DNA from: Escherichia phage moskry
Direction: 5' to 3' (one strand)
DNA length: 64,000 nt
Sequence record: MN850651.1
Position 1 is the first letter of the stretch. Every line of letters starts with the position of its first letter. This document shows positions 18,975 through 28,295 of the stretch, in pieces. The notes beneath the pieces are model-generated. The model worked only from the letters and a program-made list of their open reading frames with translations, was not told where the DNA came from and searched no databases. Made by a program: the position numbers and the translations under genes.

Positions 18975-19046
18975 AAGTACCTCTTGGCTCAATTCATAGG
19001 TCTATTATATCATAATATTTAGAGACCTATCTTAAAGCACGAGATA

Positions 19047-19316
19047 CTATCGGAGCAAACAATACGCCTGGAATACTTTTTCCATTAAACGTTTGAACTC
19101 ATGGATATCGATATAAAGCTCAGTAAGACCGGCATTATAAAGAAAATCTAAAAAGTTCTCATGTGTTTCGTTATAGTCGCCTTCGTTTAATTGAGATACA
19201 TGAGTTTCCCAAAAACCAACACCTTTAACGAATGGAAAATACGTGACTTTCATGTATTCGTCAACATAAAATTCGCCCAGCTTTTCTTCAGTTATACTGA
19301 TTCGAGTTATTTTCAT
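19047..19316 (-). CDS. Hypothetical protein
   Basis: 89 aa ORF. Confidence 0.5.
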   Translation of the reverse strand: MKITRISITEEKLGEFYVDEYMKVTYFPFVKGVGFWETHVSQLNEGDYNETHENFLDFLYNAGLTELYIDIHEFKRLMEKVFQAYCLLR

Positions 19317-19540
19317 TCTAGTTCCTTTGCTGCTTCAAGAGCAGCATCCAGCGAATCAAATTGGTCAACGAAATCAATATTCAACGCATCGTCAACCGTA
19401 GCATATAACCACCATTGTTTGAATTCGTATTCTAGGATAAATCCAGGCCCTTCAATCTGAGGAAGACCTAGGCTATTTGTACCAACTTCGTAACCAGCTA
19501 GACGCAGGTCATTAATCAAAGTTTCTGTTAATACGCTCAT
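19313..19540 (-). CDS. Hypothetical protein
   Basis: 75 aa ORF, start overlaps upstream stop. Confidence 0.5.
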   Translation of the reverse strand: MSVLTETLINDLRLAGYEVGTNSLGLPQIEGPGFILEYEFKQWWLYATVDDALNIDFVDQFDSLDAALEAAKELE

Positions 19541-19917
19541 TTTACCGCCTTAACAATTTTCAGGTCAACGAATTTTTTCTTACGTTGATTTTTCATACGA
19601 CGGATAGTCTTTTCAGAGATTTCATGTTTCTGATAAGCTTTAGATTCAACACCAAATGCAGCAACGTCAAATTCAGAAAGAATATATTGTACTAGAATTT
19701 CACGAATAGAATTACGTCCAATTTTCTGGTCGTGTTTTTGCATGATTTCATAAAGACGGAATTCCCACGCATCAAGAACTTGAGGAGTAACAATATTGCC
19801 AGATTCCAGAAGAGCAACAACTTTATCGAAAGCGAAAGAATTAACTACGTTTTTGATTTTAGTAGACATATTATTTTCCTCGGTTATTTTATTATCCAAC
19901 GAGAGAATTATACTCAT
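19537..19917 (-). CDS. Hypothetical protein
   Basis: 126 aa ORF (start may be internal Met). Confidence 0.5.
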   Translation of the reverse strand: MSIILSLDNKITEENNMSTKIKNVVNSFAFDKVVALLESGNIVTPQVLDAWEFRLYEIMQKHDQKIGRNSIREILVQYILSEFDVAAFGVESKAYQKHEISEKTIRRMKNQRKKKFVDLKIVKAVK

Positions 19918-19935
19918 CTCTCAAGAGTTTGTATA

Positions 19936-20175
19936 CTATTTTTTAAGCATGAAAAGTAAGTAATTTGTATCACGTGGAGTAATATCAACACCCATATCAA
20001 AGATGCCTTTATAGATTGGGTATTTGTTTTCGGTTGTATCGAAGCTGAAACTATTTCCATCACAACTAACAGTAATAGCATCTGTTAAAATGTCATACTC
20101 AATCCTAACAATTGAATCCCCAATTTTAACGTCGAGGTGTTTTTTGAATTTGATAAAATCTAATTCTTGGGCCAT
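19936..20175 (-). CDS. Hypothetical protein
   Basis: 79 aa ORF. Confidence 0.45.
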   Translation of the reverse strand: MAQELDFIKFKKHLDVKIGDSIVRIEYDILTDAITVSCDGNSFSFDTTENKYPIYKGIFDMGVDITPRDTNYLLFMLKK

Positions 20176-20238
20176 GATATTTTACTCATTTTAAGACGAT
20201 AGGAAGATAATAACATGTCTTCCTATCGTTGTACATTA

Positions 20239-20451
20239 TTAACCGAACTTTTTAGCGCCTTTCCAGCCTTCGTACATAACTGCACAAGTCAATAGTACAG
20301 CGTGCTGGCATTCTTTGTATTTGTAAACCCAGAACCAGCGTAAGAAGTCTTCATCCTCAACGCCGTTGAGTTTCATATTGGCAAAGAATTCTGCACGTTC
20401 TTCACGAAGCTTTTGCGATAACATAGATTCAGGATTCATTTTGTGTTCCAC
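20239..20451 (-). CDS. Hypothetical protein
   Basis: 70 aa ORF. Confidence 0.45.
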   Translation of the reverse strand: MEHKMNPESMLSQKLREERAEFFANMKLNGVEDEDFLRWFWVYKYKECQHAVLLTCAVMYEGWKGAKKFG

Positions 20452-20663
20452 GCCCCATTTTCATCGATGAACTTAATCCAGTCATTTACAGACCATTTAG
20501 TTGTATCACCCTTTGGATTAACATTTAAAGTGTATAATCCCTGCTTAAAAAGCATTCGTTTGATATTCATAATTTCCTCAACTGTAACGATAACATTCGT
20601 TAGCTTTACGTTTGGCTTCAGTATGAGAAGTATTATAATCATAATCTTCTTTACTGTAAACAT
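20436..20663 (-). CDS. Hypothetical protein
   Basis: 75 aa ORF. Confidence 0.4.
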   Translation of the reverse strand: MFTVKKIMIIILLILKPNVKLTNVIVTVEEIMNIKRMLFKQGLYTLNVNPKGDTTKWSVNDWIKFIDENGAWNTK

Positions 20664-20901
20664 CTTTTTTCAACTTACGAACTTCTTTGCGGAGTTGTCG
20701 ATTCATTTCGTTCTTGACTTCAGAATCAACGCCTTTCATACGTTTCCATTTATCTGAGCGGAAGATGTTTTCAACCATGTCTTTGTGGCTAACACCGTCA
20801 GGAGCTTTACGCTTACCAAAATAGTCGTAATCGCGAACTTTCAAATCTTTACGACGATATGTTTTACCCATAAGTACCTCAGAGGTTGATTGATACGACA
20901 C
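20578..20901 (-). CDS. Hypothetical basic protein
   Basis: 107 aa Lys/Arg-rich ORF; overlaps previous ORF so one start is probably internal. Confidence 0.4.
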   Translation of the reverse strand: MSYQSTSEVLMGKTYRRKDLKVRDYDYFGKRKAPDGVSHKDMVENIFRSDKWKRMKGVDSEVKNEMNRQLRKEVRKLKKDVYSKEDYDYNTSHTEAKRKANECYRYS

Positions 20902-21127
20902 GTTTGATAAAATTCACTTCACTTACTGAAAGGTCTTTAAGACCGATTGATTCTAAACGCTGAGTAAGCGTCAACATCGGGATATAATCCCAATGAGTTT
21001 TATTTGCTTGATAAGTACGGACGCCATTAGCAATTTCAACATGCAAATCGGAAATGGTAACGAATACCAGACGCTCGTCATCAACTTTAAGGGTTAGAAC
21101 AACTTTCTTTGAATCTAAACTAATCAT
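20879..21127 (-). CDS. Hypothetical protein
   Basis: 82 aa ORF. Confidence 0.45.
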   Translation of the reverse strand: MISLDSKKVVLTLKVDDERLVFVTISDLHVEIANGVRTYQANKTHWDYIPMLTLTQRLESIGLKDLSVSEVNFIKRVVSINL

Positions 21128-21468
21128 GGCTTAATTTCCTTCGCAATTGAACAGAAGATACCACGGTCACAAAGCATTTCGCCAATTTCTGGATATTTGA
21201 TTGAACGGTACCAAACATCCAGGCTTGAAACTCTGGTTATCTGTACTGCATTACCGTTGACAGAATAGTACTGGTCAACCTTAATTTCTTTATCTTCAAT
21301 TGTCATTTTATTTTCCTCTATAGTAGATGGTTTAATCTTAACACATTTATTGAGGATGTAAACTGTTTTATGAAAATATTTTTTGATTTGAGAGGGGCAC
21401 AAGGAGATAGTGAAGTGAAGATTCCAATGGATTATATTAGAAATGAGATAAAGAAGACCAGGCGGCAC
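21124..21468 (-). CDS. Hypothetical protein
   Basis: 114 aa ORF. Confidence 0.45.
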   Translation of the reverse strand: MPPGLLYLISNIIHWNLHFTISLCPSQIKKYFHKTVYILNKCVKIKPSTIEENKMTIEDKEIKVDQYYSVNGNAVQITRVSSLDVWYRSIKYPEIGEMLCDRGIFCSIAKEIKP

Positions 21469-21472
21469 CTGG

Positions 21473-21796
21473 TCAATCTTCTATGATATCAGAGTCATAT
21501 CCTAATGAAATCAAGGACTTTTTAAACTCTGCAATATTCTTTTGTTTCTTATCATTTAAAAATATGACAGGATAACGAATATTAAGTGAAGTGAATCCTG
21601 CACGTTTAGCAAGAGATACGATTAAAGGACGGTCATATTCAATCTTACCATTATTAGTGAGGACTTTATAAAATGTATAAGGAGCATTGAGCTCCTTTAA
21701 AAGTTTTGTAACAGTATAACATCCTGGACAACGTCCAACTTCTTCAGGGATGCCATAAATTTCAATCTTGTTCTTTAAGTTCGAGTTTTGTTCCAC
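21473..21796 (-). CDS. Thioredoxin/glutaredoxin-like redoxin (CPGC motif)
   Basis: KIEIYGIPEEVGRCPGCY...; ORF track extends to 21925 but that overlaps the upstream gene; GTG start at 21796 assumed. Confidence 0.45.
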   Translation of the reverse strand: MEQNSNLKNKIEIYGIPEEVGRCPGCYTVTKLLKELNAPYTFYKVLTNNGKIEYDRPLIVSLAKRAGFTSLNIRYPVIFLNDKKQKNIAEFKKSLISLGYDSDIIED

Positions 21797-22079
21797 GAGA
21801 AATAATTCCTTGGTAAGCCCAATAAGGAGGATTAACAGAATCCTCACCAGAGTTTTCTTCAGGAAAATAAACCTGGATAACGAAGCCGGATTCATCAAAG
21901 GTAAAATAAACCGTAGGCAGTTCACCTAACAAATCGGCACGAGCGTTGATTTCTTCGAGGTCTTGTTCACGTCCAGCCCAAAAACTAGGATTTAGACTAC
22001 ATTCATAGAAATAATAGTCATTACCGAACATATCAAAACCTTTCCAACTCTCTACCACATACCGCTCAAAACTAATCAT
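21762..22079 (-). CDS. Hypothetical acidic protein
   Basis: 105 aa ORF. Confidence 0.5.
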   Translation of the reverse strand: MISFERYVVESWKGFDMFGNDYYFYECSLNPSFWAGREQDLEEINARADLLGELPTVYFTFDESGFVIQVYFPEENSGEDSVNPPYWAYQGIISRGTKLELKEQD

Positions 22080-22081
22080 AA

Positions 22082-22297
22082 TTAAGCCTTTTTATCAAGA
22101 ACAGAATTCAGTTTATTAGTAATTTTGTCCAAACGTTCATTGAATTCGCTGGAGGATAAACCCTTTTCTGGAGAAATTAAACTAATCACGAAAAATACAC
22201 CAGTAAAAGGAATAAGAAAAATAGCTCCAACTGCCATAAACAAAAAGAACGTTACAGTTGTAAGAAAATCAGCTAAACCTTTACGAAATTTATACAT
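22082..22297 (-). CDS. Small membrane protein
   Basis: 71 aa with one hydrophobic helix. Confidence 0.45.
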   Translation of the reverse strand: MYKFRKGLADFLTTVTFFLFMAVGAIFLIPFTGVFFVISLISPEKGLSSSEFNERLDKITNKLNSVLDKKA

Positions 22298-22407
22298 ATT
22301 TACCCTTAATTAACTAAGCATTGATAAGCACTAAACTATATTGGGAATAAAATTCTGGACCAAAACGAAAAATCATATCATTTATAGTATCCATAATATA
22401 ATTCAAT

Positions 22408-22878
22408 TTAATCATGTTTCCACACCCCATCTGTATTTGACCAAAGTCGCTGATTATCTGATCCTCGCCACAGCTTTTTAGTCGGAAGATTTTTCTCATA
22501 CTTCCCATCAATAATAACATCAACATATTTAAGCATTTCTAGTTGTTTAATATCTTCAAACTTATATCCTGTCCACAACCAAATGCTTTTATTAGGATAA
22601 AGATTTTTTACTGTTTGAGCAATGCGATGAATAACATCTCGGTTATCAGGATAGAGAGGGTCTCCTCCTGTTATAGTTAATCCTTCTATATAATCATTAT
22701 TCAAACATTCAATTAATTGTTCTAGTGTCTCTCCAGTGAATGGAGCACCATTTCTAGCGTTCCATGTTGATTTATTATAACACCCTTCACATTTATGCAA
22801 ACAACCTGTAACGAAAAGAACGACCCTACAACCAGGGCCATTCACAAAATCGCAAGGATAAAATCTATCATAATTCAT
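22408..22878 (-). CDS. nrdG: Anaerobic ribonucleotide reductase activating protein (radical SAM)
   Basis: 156 aa; CxxxCxxC (CLHKCEGC) near N-terminus; overlaps nrdD start. Confidence 0.9.
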   Translation of the reverse strand: MNYDRFYPCDFVNGPGCRVVLFVTGCLHKCEGCYNKSTWNARNGAPFTGETLEQLIECLNNDYIEGLTITGGDPLYPDNRDVIHRIAQTVKNLYPNKSIWLWTGYKFEDIKQLEMLKYVDVIIDGKYEKNLPTKKLWRGSDNQRLWSNTDGVWKHD

Positions 22879-24692
22879 TGGTGTTTAACCCTATGCATGA
22901 TTTCTTTATTTTTGCCTAGATTAAATCCGCGTTCGTTCGGGTTTCCAAGATAACCGCATGTTCTTCTTATAGTGTTCATCTTTTTAGGATCAGTTTCTCC
23001 GCAAACTGAACAAACAAATCCATTTTCGGTAGGAGTCATTTCATGAGTACTTCCACATGTAAAACATTTATCTACTGGCATATTAACACCAAAATAATCT
23101 AAATGTTGTGCAGCATAATCCCAGACAGCCTCAAGTCCCTTTAAATTGTTTTTCATATCTGGAAGTTCAACATAAGAAATGTGACCACCTGTCGCAATGA
23201 AATGATATGGCGCTTCACGAGAAATCTTTTCAAACGGAGTAATATTTTCTTCTACTGAAACATGGAAACTATTAGTGTACCAGCCTTTATCAGTGACATC
23301 CTTTACACTTCCATATTTTTCTGTATCAAGTTTACAGAAGCGATAACAAAGGTTTTCAGCAGGAGTGGAATATAAACTAAAAGCAAATCCGGTTCTTTCA
23401 GTCCACTGTTTAAGATGAGCATTCATTTTAGTTAAAATTTCTTGTCCAATATCACGACCGACAAGAATATTCAATTCGTGAATACCAATGTATCCTAGGG
23501 ACACTGAACTTCTACCGTTTTTAAATAACTCAATTATATCGTCATCAGGTTTAAGACGAACCCCGAATGCACCTTCTTGGTAAAGAATAGGAGCAACAGT
23601 CGCTTTAACTCCTTTTAAGGAACTAATTCTACACATCAAAGCTTCAAAACACAGGTCCATTCGTTCATTGAACAATTCGGCAAATTTCTGTTCATTGAAT
23701 TGTGTTCCAATATAAGAATCTAACGCAATACGAGGAAGATTCAGTGTTACAACGCCAAGATTATTGCGTCCATCAAGAATTTCATTGCCAGTTGAATCTT
23801 TCCATACGCTCAAGAAACTACGGCAGCCCATTGGAGAAACAGGAACTGAAGAACCGGTAATAGCTTTATTATTCTTAACCGAAATAATATCAGGATACAT
23901 TCTTTTGCTTGCGCACTCTAGAGCAAGCTGCTTAATATCATAGTTCGGATCATCTTTATAAAGATTAACACCTTCTTCAACAAACATAACAAGCTTAGGG
24001 AAAATAGGAGTTATTCCATCACGACCAAGACCTTTAATGCGGTTTTTAAGAATTGCTTTCTGAATCATTCGTTCAGTCCAGTCGGTTCCTGTACCAAATG
24101 TAATTGTTACAAAAGGAGTCTGTCCGTTTGAACTAAAGAGAGTATTTACTTCATATTCATAAGCTTGGAATGCATCGTATACGTCTTTTTCTGTTTTAGA
24201 TTGAGCATAATTCAACGCATCAGCGATTTGCCATTTTTCTGCATCTTCAACATGTTTAGCGTATGTGCGTTTAACATAAGGAGAAAGAACTTTATCGACA
24301 TTCGCAAATGTAGTTCCGCCATATTGGTGTGAAGCAACTTGTGCGGTAATTTGTGCCATAATTGCAGTAGCAACGCCAATAGATTTAGGCGTTTCAATTT
24401 GAGCATTGCCTAATTTAAATCCATTCTCAAGCATCCCCTTTAAATCGACTAAACAGCAATTGGTAAACGGAAGAGCAGGAGAATAATCAATATCATGCAT
24501 GTGAATGATTCCGCTTTCATGCGCATGCATAATAAAAGACGGGACCATATTTTTGGCAATGTGCTTAGACACAATACCAGCCATAAGGTCCCGTTGAGTT
24601 GGAAAAACACGAGAATCTTTATTAGCATTCTCGTTCAAAAGATCTTTATTAGTTTTATAAATTAATCCTTCAATTTCTTTTTCAATTTTCAT
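22875..24692 (-). CDS. nrdD: Anaerobic ribonucleoside-triphosphate reductase (glycyl radical enzyme), intron-less
   Basis: 605 aa continuous ORF; C-terminal CxxC Zn site and RRTCGYLG glycyl radical motif. Confidence 0.95.
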   Translation of the reverse strand: MKIEKEIEGLIYKTNKDLLNENANKDSRVFPTQRDLMAGIVSKHIAKNMVPSFIMHAHESGIIHMHDIDYSPALPFTNCCLVDLKGMLENGFKLGNAQIETPKSIGVATAIMAQITAQVASHQYGGTTFANVDKVLSPYVKRTYAKHVEDAEKWQIADALNYAQSKTEKDVYDAFQAYEYEVNTLFSSNGQTPFVTITFGTGTDWTERMIQKAILKNRIKGLGRDGITPIFPKLVMFVEEGVNLYKDDPNYDIKQLALECASKRMYPDIISVKNNKAITGSSVPVSPMGCRSFLSVWKDSTGNEILDGRNNLGVVTLNLPRIALDSYIGTQFNEQKFAELFNERMDLCFEALMCRISSLKGVKATVAPILYQEGAFGVRLKPDDDIIELFKNGRSSVSLGYIGIHELNILVGRDIGQEILTKMNAHLKQWTERTGFAFSLYSTPAENLCYRFCKLDTEKYGSVKDVTDKGWYTNSFHVSVEENITPFEKISREAPYHFIATGGHISYVELPDMKNNLKGLEAVWDYAAQHLDYFGVNMPVDKCFTCGSTHEMTPTENGFVCSVCGETDPKKMNTIRRTCGYLGNPNERGFNLGKNKEIMHRVKHQ

Positions 24693-25162
24693 TTTAAACT
24701 CTTTCTAAGCTGCTTTTTGAATGAAGCTATTAATTGTGTTTTAGTATCAGATTCATTATATTCAAATCCTCTTTGAAGCATCTCGGTCATCATTTCCTCT
24801 TTACCTAGTCTTGAGAACTCTTTAGTTTTGTCTGGAACAAAATTAGGATGGACATTATTATCAGAATAGTCTTGTTTCAAATAAGCAAGAAGAGCTTCAA
24901 GCCATTCGAGGTAATCAACGTTTTGACCTTTAAGACCAGAACGGTTGAACTTATGCTTCATTTGACCTTCTGCTGCATTGCACAGGTTACATAGTAAACC
25001 ACGAACCTTACCAGCTTTTGGCCCGTTTAATTCATGGTCGTGGTCAAGATGGTTACCTTGAACATCAGGGTCTAATTCACGGTGGCAAATAGGACACTTA
25101 CCATTCTGTGCATCATAAAATTTTTGTTTTTCTTCTTTATATTTTGCGCCTGATAATAACAT
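24689..25162 (-). CDS. 49: Endonuclease VII (Holliday junction resolvase) gp49
   Basis: 157 aa; CPICHRE..HLDHDHE..CNLCNAAEG matches T4 gp49. Confidence 0.93.
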   Translation of the reverse strand: MLLSGAKYKEEKQKFYDAQNGKCPICHRELDPDVQGNHLDHDHELNGPKAGKVRGLLCNLCNAAEGQMKHKFNRSGLKGQNVDYLEWLEALLAYLKQDYSDNNVHPNFVPDKTKEFSRLGKEEMMTEMLQRGFEYNESDTKTQLIASFKKQLRKSLK

Positions 25163-25197
25163 GATAAACCCTTACCTTAAATAGATAAGGGTATTTA

Positions 25198-25623
25198 TTA
25201 ACTTAAACGTCTTTCTAAATATTCAATGTATTCTGCGGCTGCTTGCATCAGGTTACCTTCATAGCCGTCGTTATTTTCTTGTCCGGCTAATTTAGCTAAT
25301 GCATAAGAAATTCGTTCACCTTCGAATTCACCAAGTTTACTACCTAGCACATCCGCAATATCAGCCGAATCAATTTCTTCGAGTTCATCTATTGAATGGG
25401 ATTCCCAGAAGCACCAAAGAGAAGTATCACGGTCATAGATGCAAAGTTTCTCACCTGTGTTCAACATCACTTCGATAATGCCATGGTCGCCATAACCATC
25501 TTCGGTAGTAGTACCAATTACCTTGATGATCGTATCTTTCTTTAATTCAGGAAACTTGACTTGTAGTTCTTCATCTTCTTTAACAATCTTGAACCATTTA
25601 CCGCGAGTTTCAGAAATATTCAT
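25198..25623 (-). CDS. Hypothetical acidic protein
   Basis: ORF track 25198..25761; internal ATG at 25623 (MNISETRGKW...) abuts the stop of the upstream small gene. Confidence 0.5.
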   Translation of the reverse strand: MNISETRGKWFKIVKEDEELQVKFPELKKDTIIKVIGTTTEDGYGDHGIIEVMLNTGEKLCIYDRDTSLWCFWESHSIDELEEIDSADIADVLGSKLGEFEGERISYALAKLAGQENNDGYEGNLMQAAAEYIEYLERRLS

Positions 25624-25624
25624 A

Positions 25625-25822
25625 TCAATATTCTCTATAAAAGTTACGATGAGAACGTTTAGCTTTGCGAAGCTGACGTTTAGTAGGACGAACTGTAAAT
25701 GGTTGTCCAGAGAAAAAATTCGGATCGGTTTTAATAAGCAAATACCAATCATGTTTGCCATTTTTTAATAAACGGTACAATAATTTAACTTGCATAATAA
25801 TCTCTTCCCATTTCCATATCAA
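25625..25822 (-). CDS. Small hypothetical protein, basic C-terminus
   Basis: 65 aa ORF. Confidence 0.45.
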   Translation of the reverse strand: MIWKWEEIIMQVKLLYRLLKNGKHDWYLLIKTDPNFFSGQPFTVRPTKRQLRKAKRSHRNFYREY

Positions 25823-25923
25823 TTAATTCATTTATTGAAGGTTCATCATAACACGTTTCTTCGTCGTTGTAAACTGATTCGACGTCTGGCTCGACCGTCT
25901 CCCATCGAGCCGAATACCATGGT

Positions 25924-26133
25924 TTAACCGCGGAGCTTATTGAGCTCTTCATAATCAACCCAAGATTCTAGCCCAGATGGCAAATCAGATTCAATTTCCC
26001 AAAGAAGCTCTTCAATTTTCTGAAGACGATCTAATTCTTCAACAGGAATAGTAACCATTGATGGAGCTCTTGCTGCACTAATATCGTAAATCATATTTAC
26101 CCCAGTTTGACCACACAATCGCCATATTTCCAC
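25924..26133 (-). CDS. Hypothetical protein
   Basis: 69 aa ORF. Confidence 0.45.
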   Translation of the reverse strand: MEIWRLCGQTGVNMIYDISAARAPSMVTIPVEELDRLQKIEELLWEIESDLPSGLESWVDYEELNKLRG

Positions 26134-26312
26134 TTAGAAATAGACTTTTCGCCATTAGAATAATAAACTTCGAGTTTAGCACGATTATTTTTAATTTGAA
26201 TAACCTTGGCTGTCATCAAAGTTCCATACCCATAGTAAACTGCAACTTCATCACCTACATATACCGCGTTTCCACGGTAGTCATGGATATAATCAGTTCC
26301 TTTAAGCATCAT
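26097..26312 (-). CDS. Hypothetical protein
   Basis: 71 aa ORF. Confidence 0.45.
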   Translation of the reverse strand: MMLKGTDYIHDYRGNAVYVGDEVAVYYGYGTLMTAKVIQIKNNRAKLEVYYSNGEKSISKWKYGDCVVKLG

Positions 26313-26572
26313 TTAAAATATTCCCGCAGTTGATCAAATCCACCAATGTGACTTCCGTCAGGAGCAAACACTTGAGGCATAGTCAATCCAACTTGTGATT
26401 TACGTCCAAGCTTAACCAGAAGCTCAGCAATTTTTTCTTCATCGAATACACCTTTTTCTGGCATAACATTAATGAATTCAAATGGCTGTTTCTTAACAGT
26501 CAGCAATCGTTTAGCATTATCACAATAAATGCATTTATGAATAGTAGAGTCATACCCGTACACTTTAAACAT
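26309..26572 (-). CDS. nrdC: Glutaredoxin (T4 thioredoxin) NrdC
   Basis: MFKVYGYDSTIHKCIYCDNAKRLLTVKKQPFEFINVMPEKG... matches T4 NrdC; start at internal ATG. Confidence 0.92.
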   Translation of the reverse strand: MFKVYGYDSTIHKCIYCDNAKRLLTVKKQPFEFINVMPEKGVFDEEKIAELLVKLGRKSQVGLTMPQVFAPDGSHIGGFDQLREYFK

Positions 26573-26978
26573 TATTTTTCCTTTCATCGATTAAATATGC
26601 AACGCCAAATACAATACATGTAATAAAACCTGTGATACAGATAGAAACCAACAACACTGTACCAAAGAACCAAATCAGGTTATCTTTAGTAGTTTGTTTG
26701 ATATCCATCTCACGAATTTCTATAGCTATCGTATCACCTTTATTCAGAAGCGTATAAAACGAAGGTGATACACGCCTGTCAAAAACTCGTCCTTGTTCAT
26801 CTTTATAAACTGCAATAAATTCTAATTTAGAATATTTTCCTGTAGATTGTCCTGAGATTAATTCCACTACCTCCACAGGAATTACTTTAGTTTCCATGTA
26901 AGTATTCTGGCTGTTCCAAATGAATGGAATGATGGCAAAAACTAAAGCTGCGATAAAACAACGAAGGCTATATCTCAT
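26565..26978 (-). CDS. Membrane protein (two TM segments)
   Basis: 137 aa ORF, hydrophobic N- and C-terminal segments. Confidence 0.5.
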   Translation of the reverse strand: MRYSLRCFIAALVFAIIPFIWNSQNTYMETKVIPVEVVELISGQSTGKYSKLEFIAVYKDEQGRVFDRRVSPSFYTLLNKGDTIAIEIREMDIKQTTKDNLIWFFGTVLLVSICITGFITCIVFGVAYLIDERKNNV

Positions 26979-27283
26979 TATAATGTTCTCTCAAATTTGT
27001 GGAAGCATTTACGGCATTTCAATTTCAAGTTATCAGTGGTCCAGTTAACCAGTTGGACTTGGATAGTTCCACATTCCGGGCATGGATGTTTTGCTGCCGA
27101 TTTGGCAGCATTTTCACGTCGTTCAACCATTTTCATTATTTCGTTCCATGCCGGAGGAACGAACTCTTCTTCACCGTGGATTTTATCTCGCTGAACAAAT
27201 TCGATCTTTGAACTATCGTCAATAAACTTAACCAAGCCATGATTAGTGCTCATATCAATATCCTCTAAAAGACGTAGTTTCAT
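26978..27283 (-). CDS. Zinc-ribbon protein
   Basis: 101 aa; CPEC...CRKC. Confidence 0.5.
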   Translation of the reverse strand: MKLRLLEDIDMSTNHGLVKFIDDSSKIEFVQRDKIHGEEEFVPPAWNEIMKMVERRENAAKSAAKHPCPECGTIQVQLVNWTTDNLKLKCRKCFHKFERTL

Positions 27284-28233
27284 TATAACACCTCAATGGC
27301 ATTTCGTAAACCATCCGCTTTCGCATTCAGAGCTTTTAACGATTTAGTTTGTTCTGCAATCTGGGCTTCGACTTCTTTCAGACGAGATTTGAGATATTCG
27401 CGTTCTTCTCTTAAGTTATCAACTTTTTCTGCTTTAGGCTCTTTAATAGGCTTAGGCTTATACTCGTTAGGGTTCTTCAACTTAATTTGAATGCGAGAAC
27501 TGTATAACATTGAACCATTATCTTCGGTTTCATCATACATTTCTACCACGTCCATGATTCTTAACATCATGCGAAGTTTATAAGACAGCGAACGAACGGT
27601 TTTGTTGCGCTTATTAATTTCTTCGGCTTTCATGGTACCGAGATTACGTGAGTAGTAATAAGGAACCTGGATATCAATTGATAATGATGCGTTACCATTA
27701 CCGGTTGGTTTGAATACTGCAGTAACCCAATCTTTAACATGAACTTTATTTGTACGATCATCGCCGCCTGTGAATAATTTACGAGAATGTTTAAAAAGCA
27801 TATTCACTTGGTTATTGAATTCACAAGCAAATTTATCAGCAAATTTAGTTTCAGGAATGGTAGATAACCAATCAGCCAAATGAGTCTTTTTAACATCATT
27901 AACAATAGTGAATTCAACCAAATCGGTTTTAGATGTCACAGATTTAATAAAGCTCGGCTTCATAAAGTTTTTAATGTTATCGCGAGCTACAGTAGAAGAT
28001 AATAAACGAGAACGTTTGAACCATTGAAGCAACGTCCCTAACGAATGAGAATACGCATTTTGAGTATCTTTACAGATATGATTTTCTTGGCCTATGTATG
28101 TACCAAAATCGCGAAGAATACCACTTACTACATCTCGGTGTGGAACATCAAATCCTAGTGCACCAGAAGCACGTTGGGCATGAACGTTAGCGATAAGACC
28201 TGCAAAGTATTCAATGTAATGTGAACGTGTCAT
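27283..28233 (-). CDS. Hypothetical protein with C-terminal coiled coil
   Basis: 316 aa; own upstream early promoter cassette at 28261-28291. Confidence 0.55.
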   Translation of the reverse strand: MTRSHYIEYFAGLIANVHAQRASGALGFDVPHRDVVSGILRDFGTYIGQENHICKDTQNAYSHSLGTLLQWFKRSRLLSSTVARDNIKNFMKPSFIKSVTSKTDLVEFTIVNDVKKTHLADWLSTIPETKFADKFACEFNNQVNMLFKHSRKLFTGGDDRTNKVHVKDWVTAVFKPTGNGNASLSIDIQVPYYYSRNLGTMKAEEINKRNKTVRSLSYKLRMMLRIMDVVEMYDETEDNGSMLYSSRIQIKLKNPNEYKPKPIKEPKAEKVDNLREEREYLKSRLKEVEAQIAEQTKSLKALNAKADGLRNAIEVL

Positions 28234-28260
28234 AATATTTTCCTCTCATTAAGATAGATT

Positions 28261-28291
28261 CATTATACTCCAACCATCCTTGGTTGTAAAC
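28261..28291 (-). promoter_or_regulatory. Early sigma70-type promoter with internal dyad (PeSL-like cassette)
   Basis: Minus strand GTTTACA-aCCAACCAtccTTGGTTGgag-TATAAT; near-identical copy at 29281-29311. Confidence 0.6.
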
Positions 28292-28295
28292 TATT

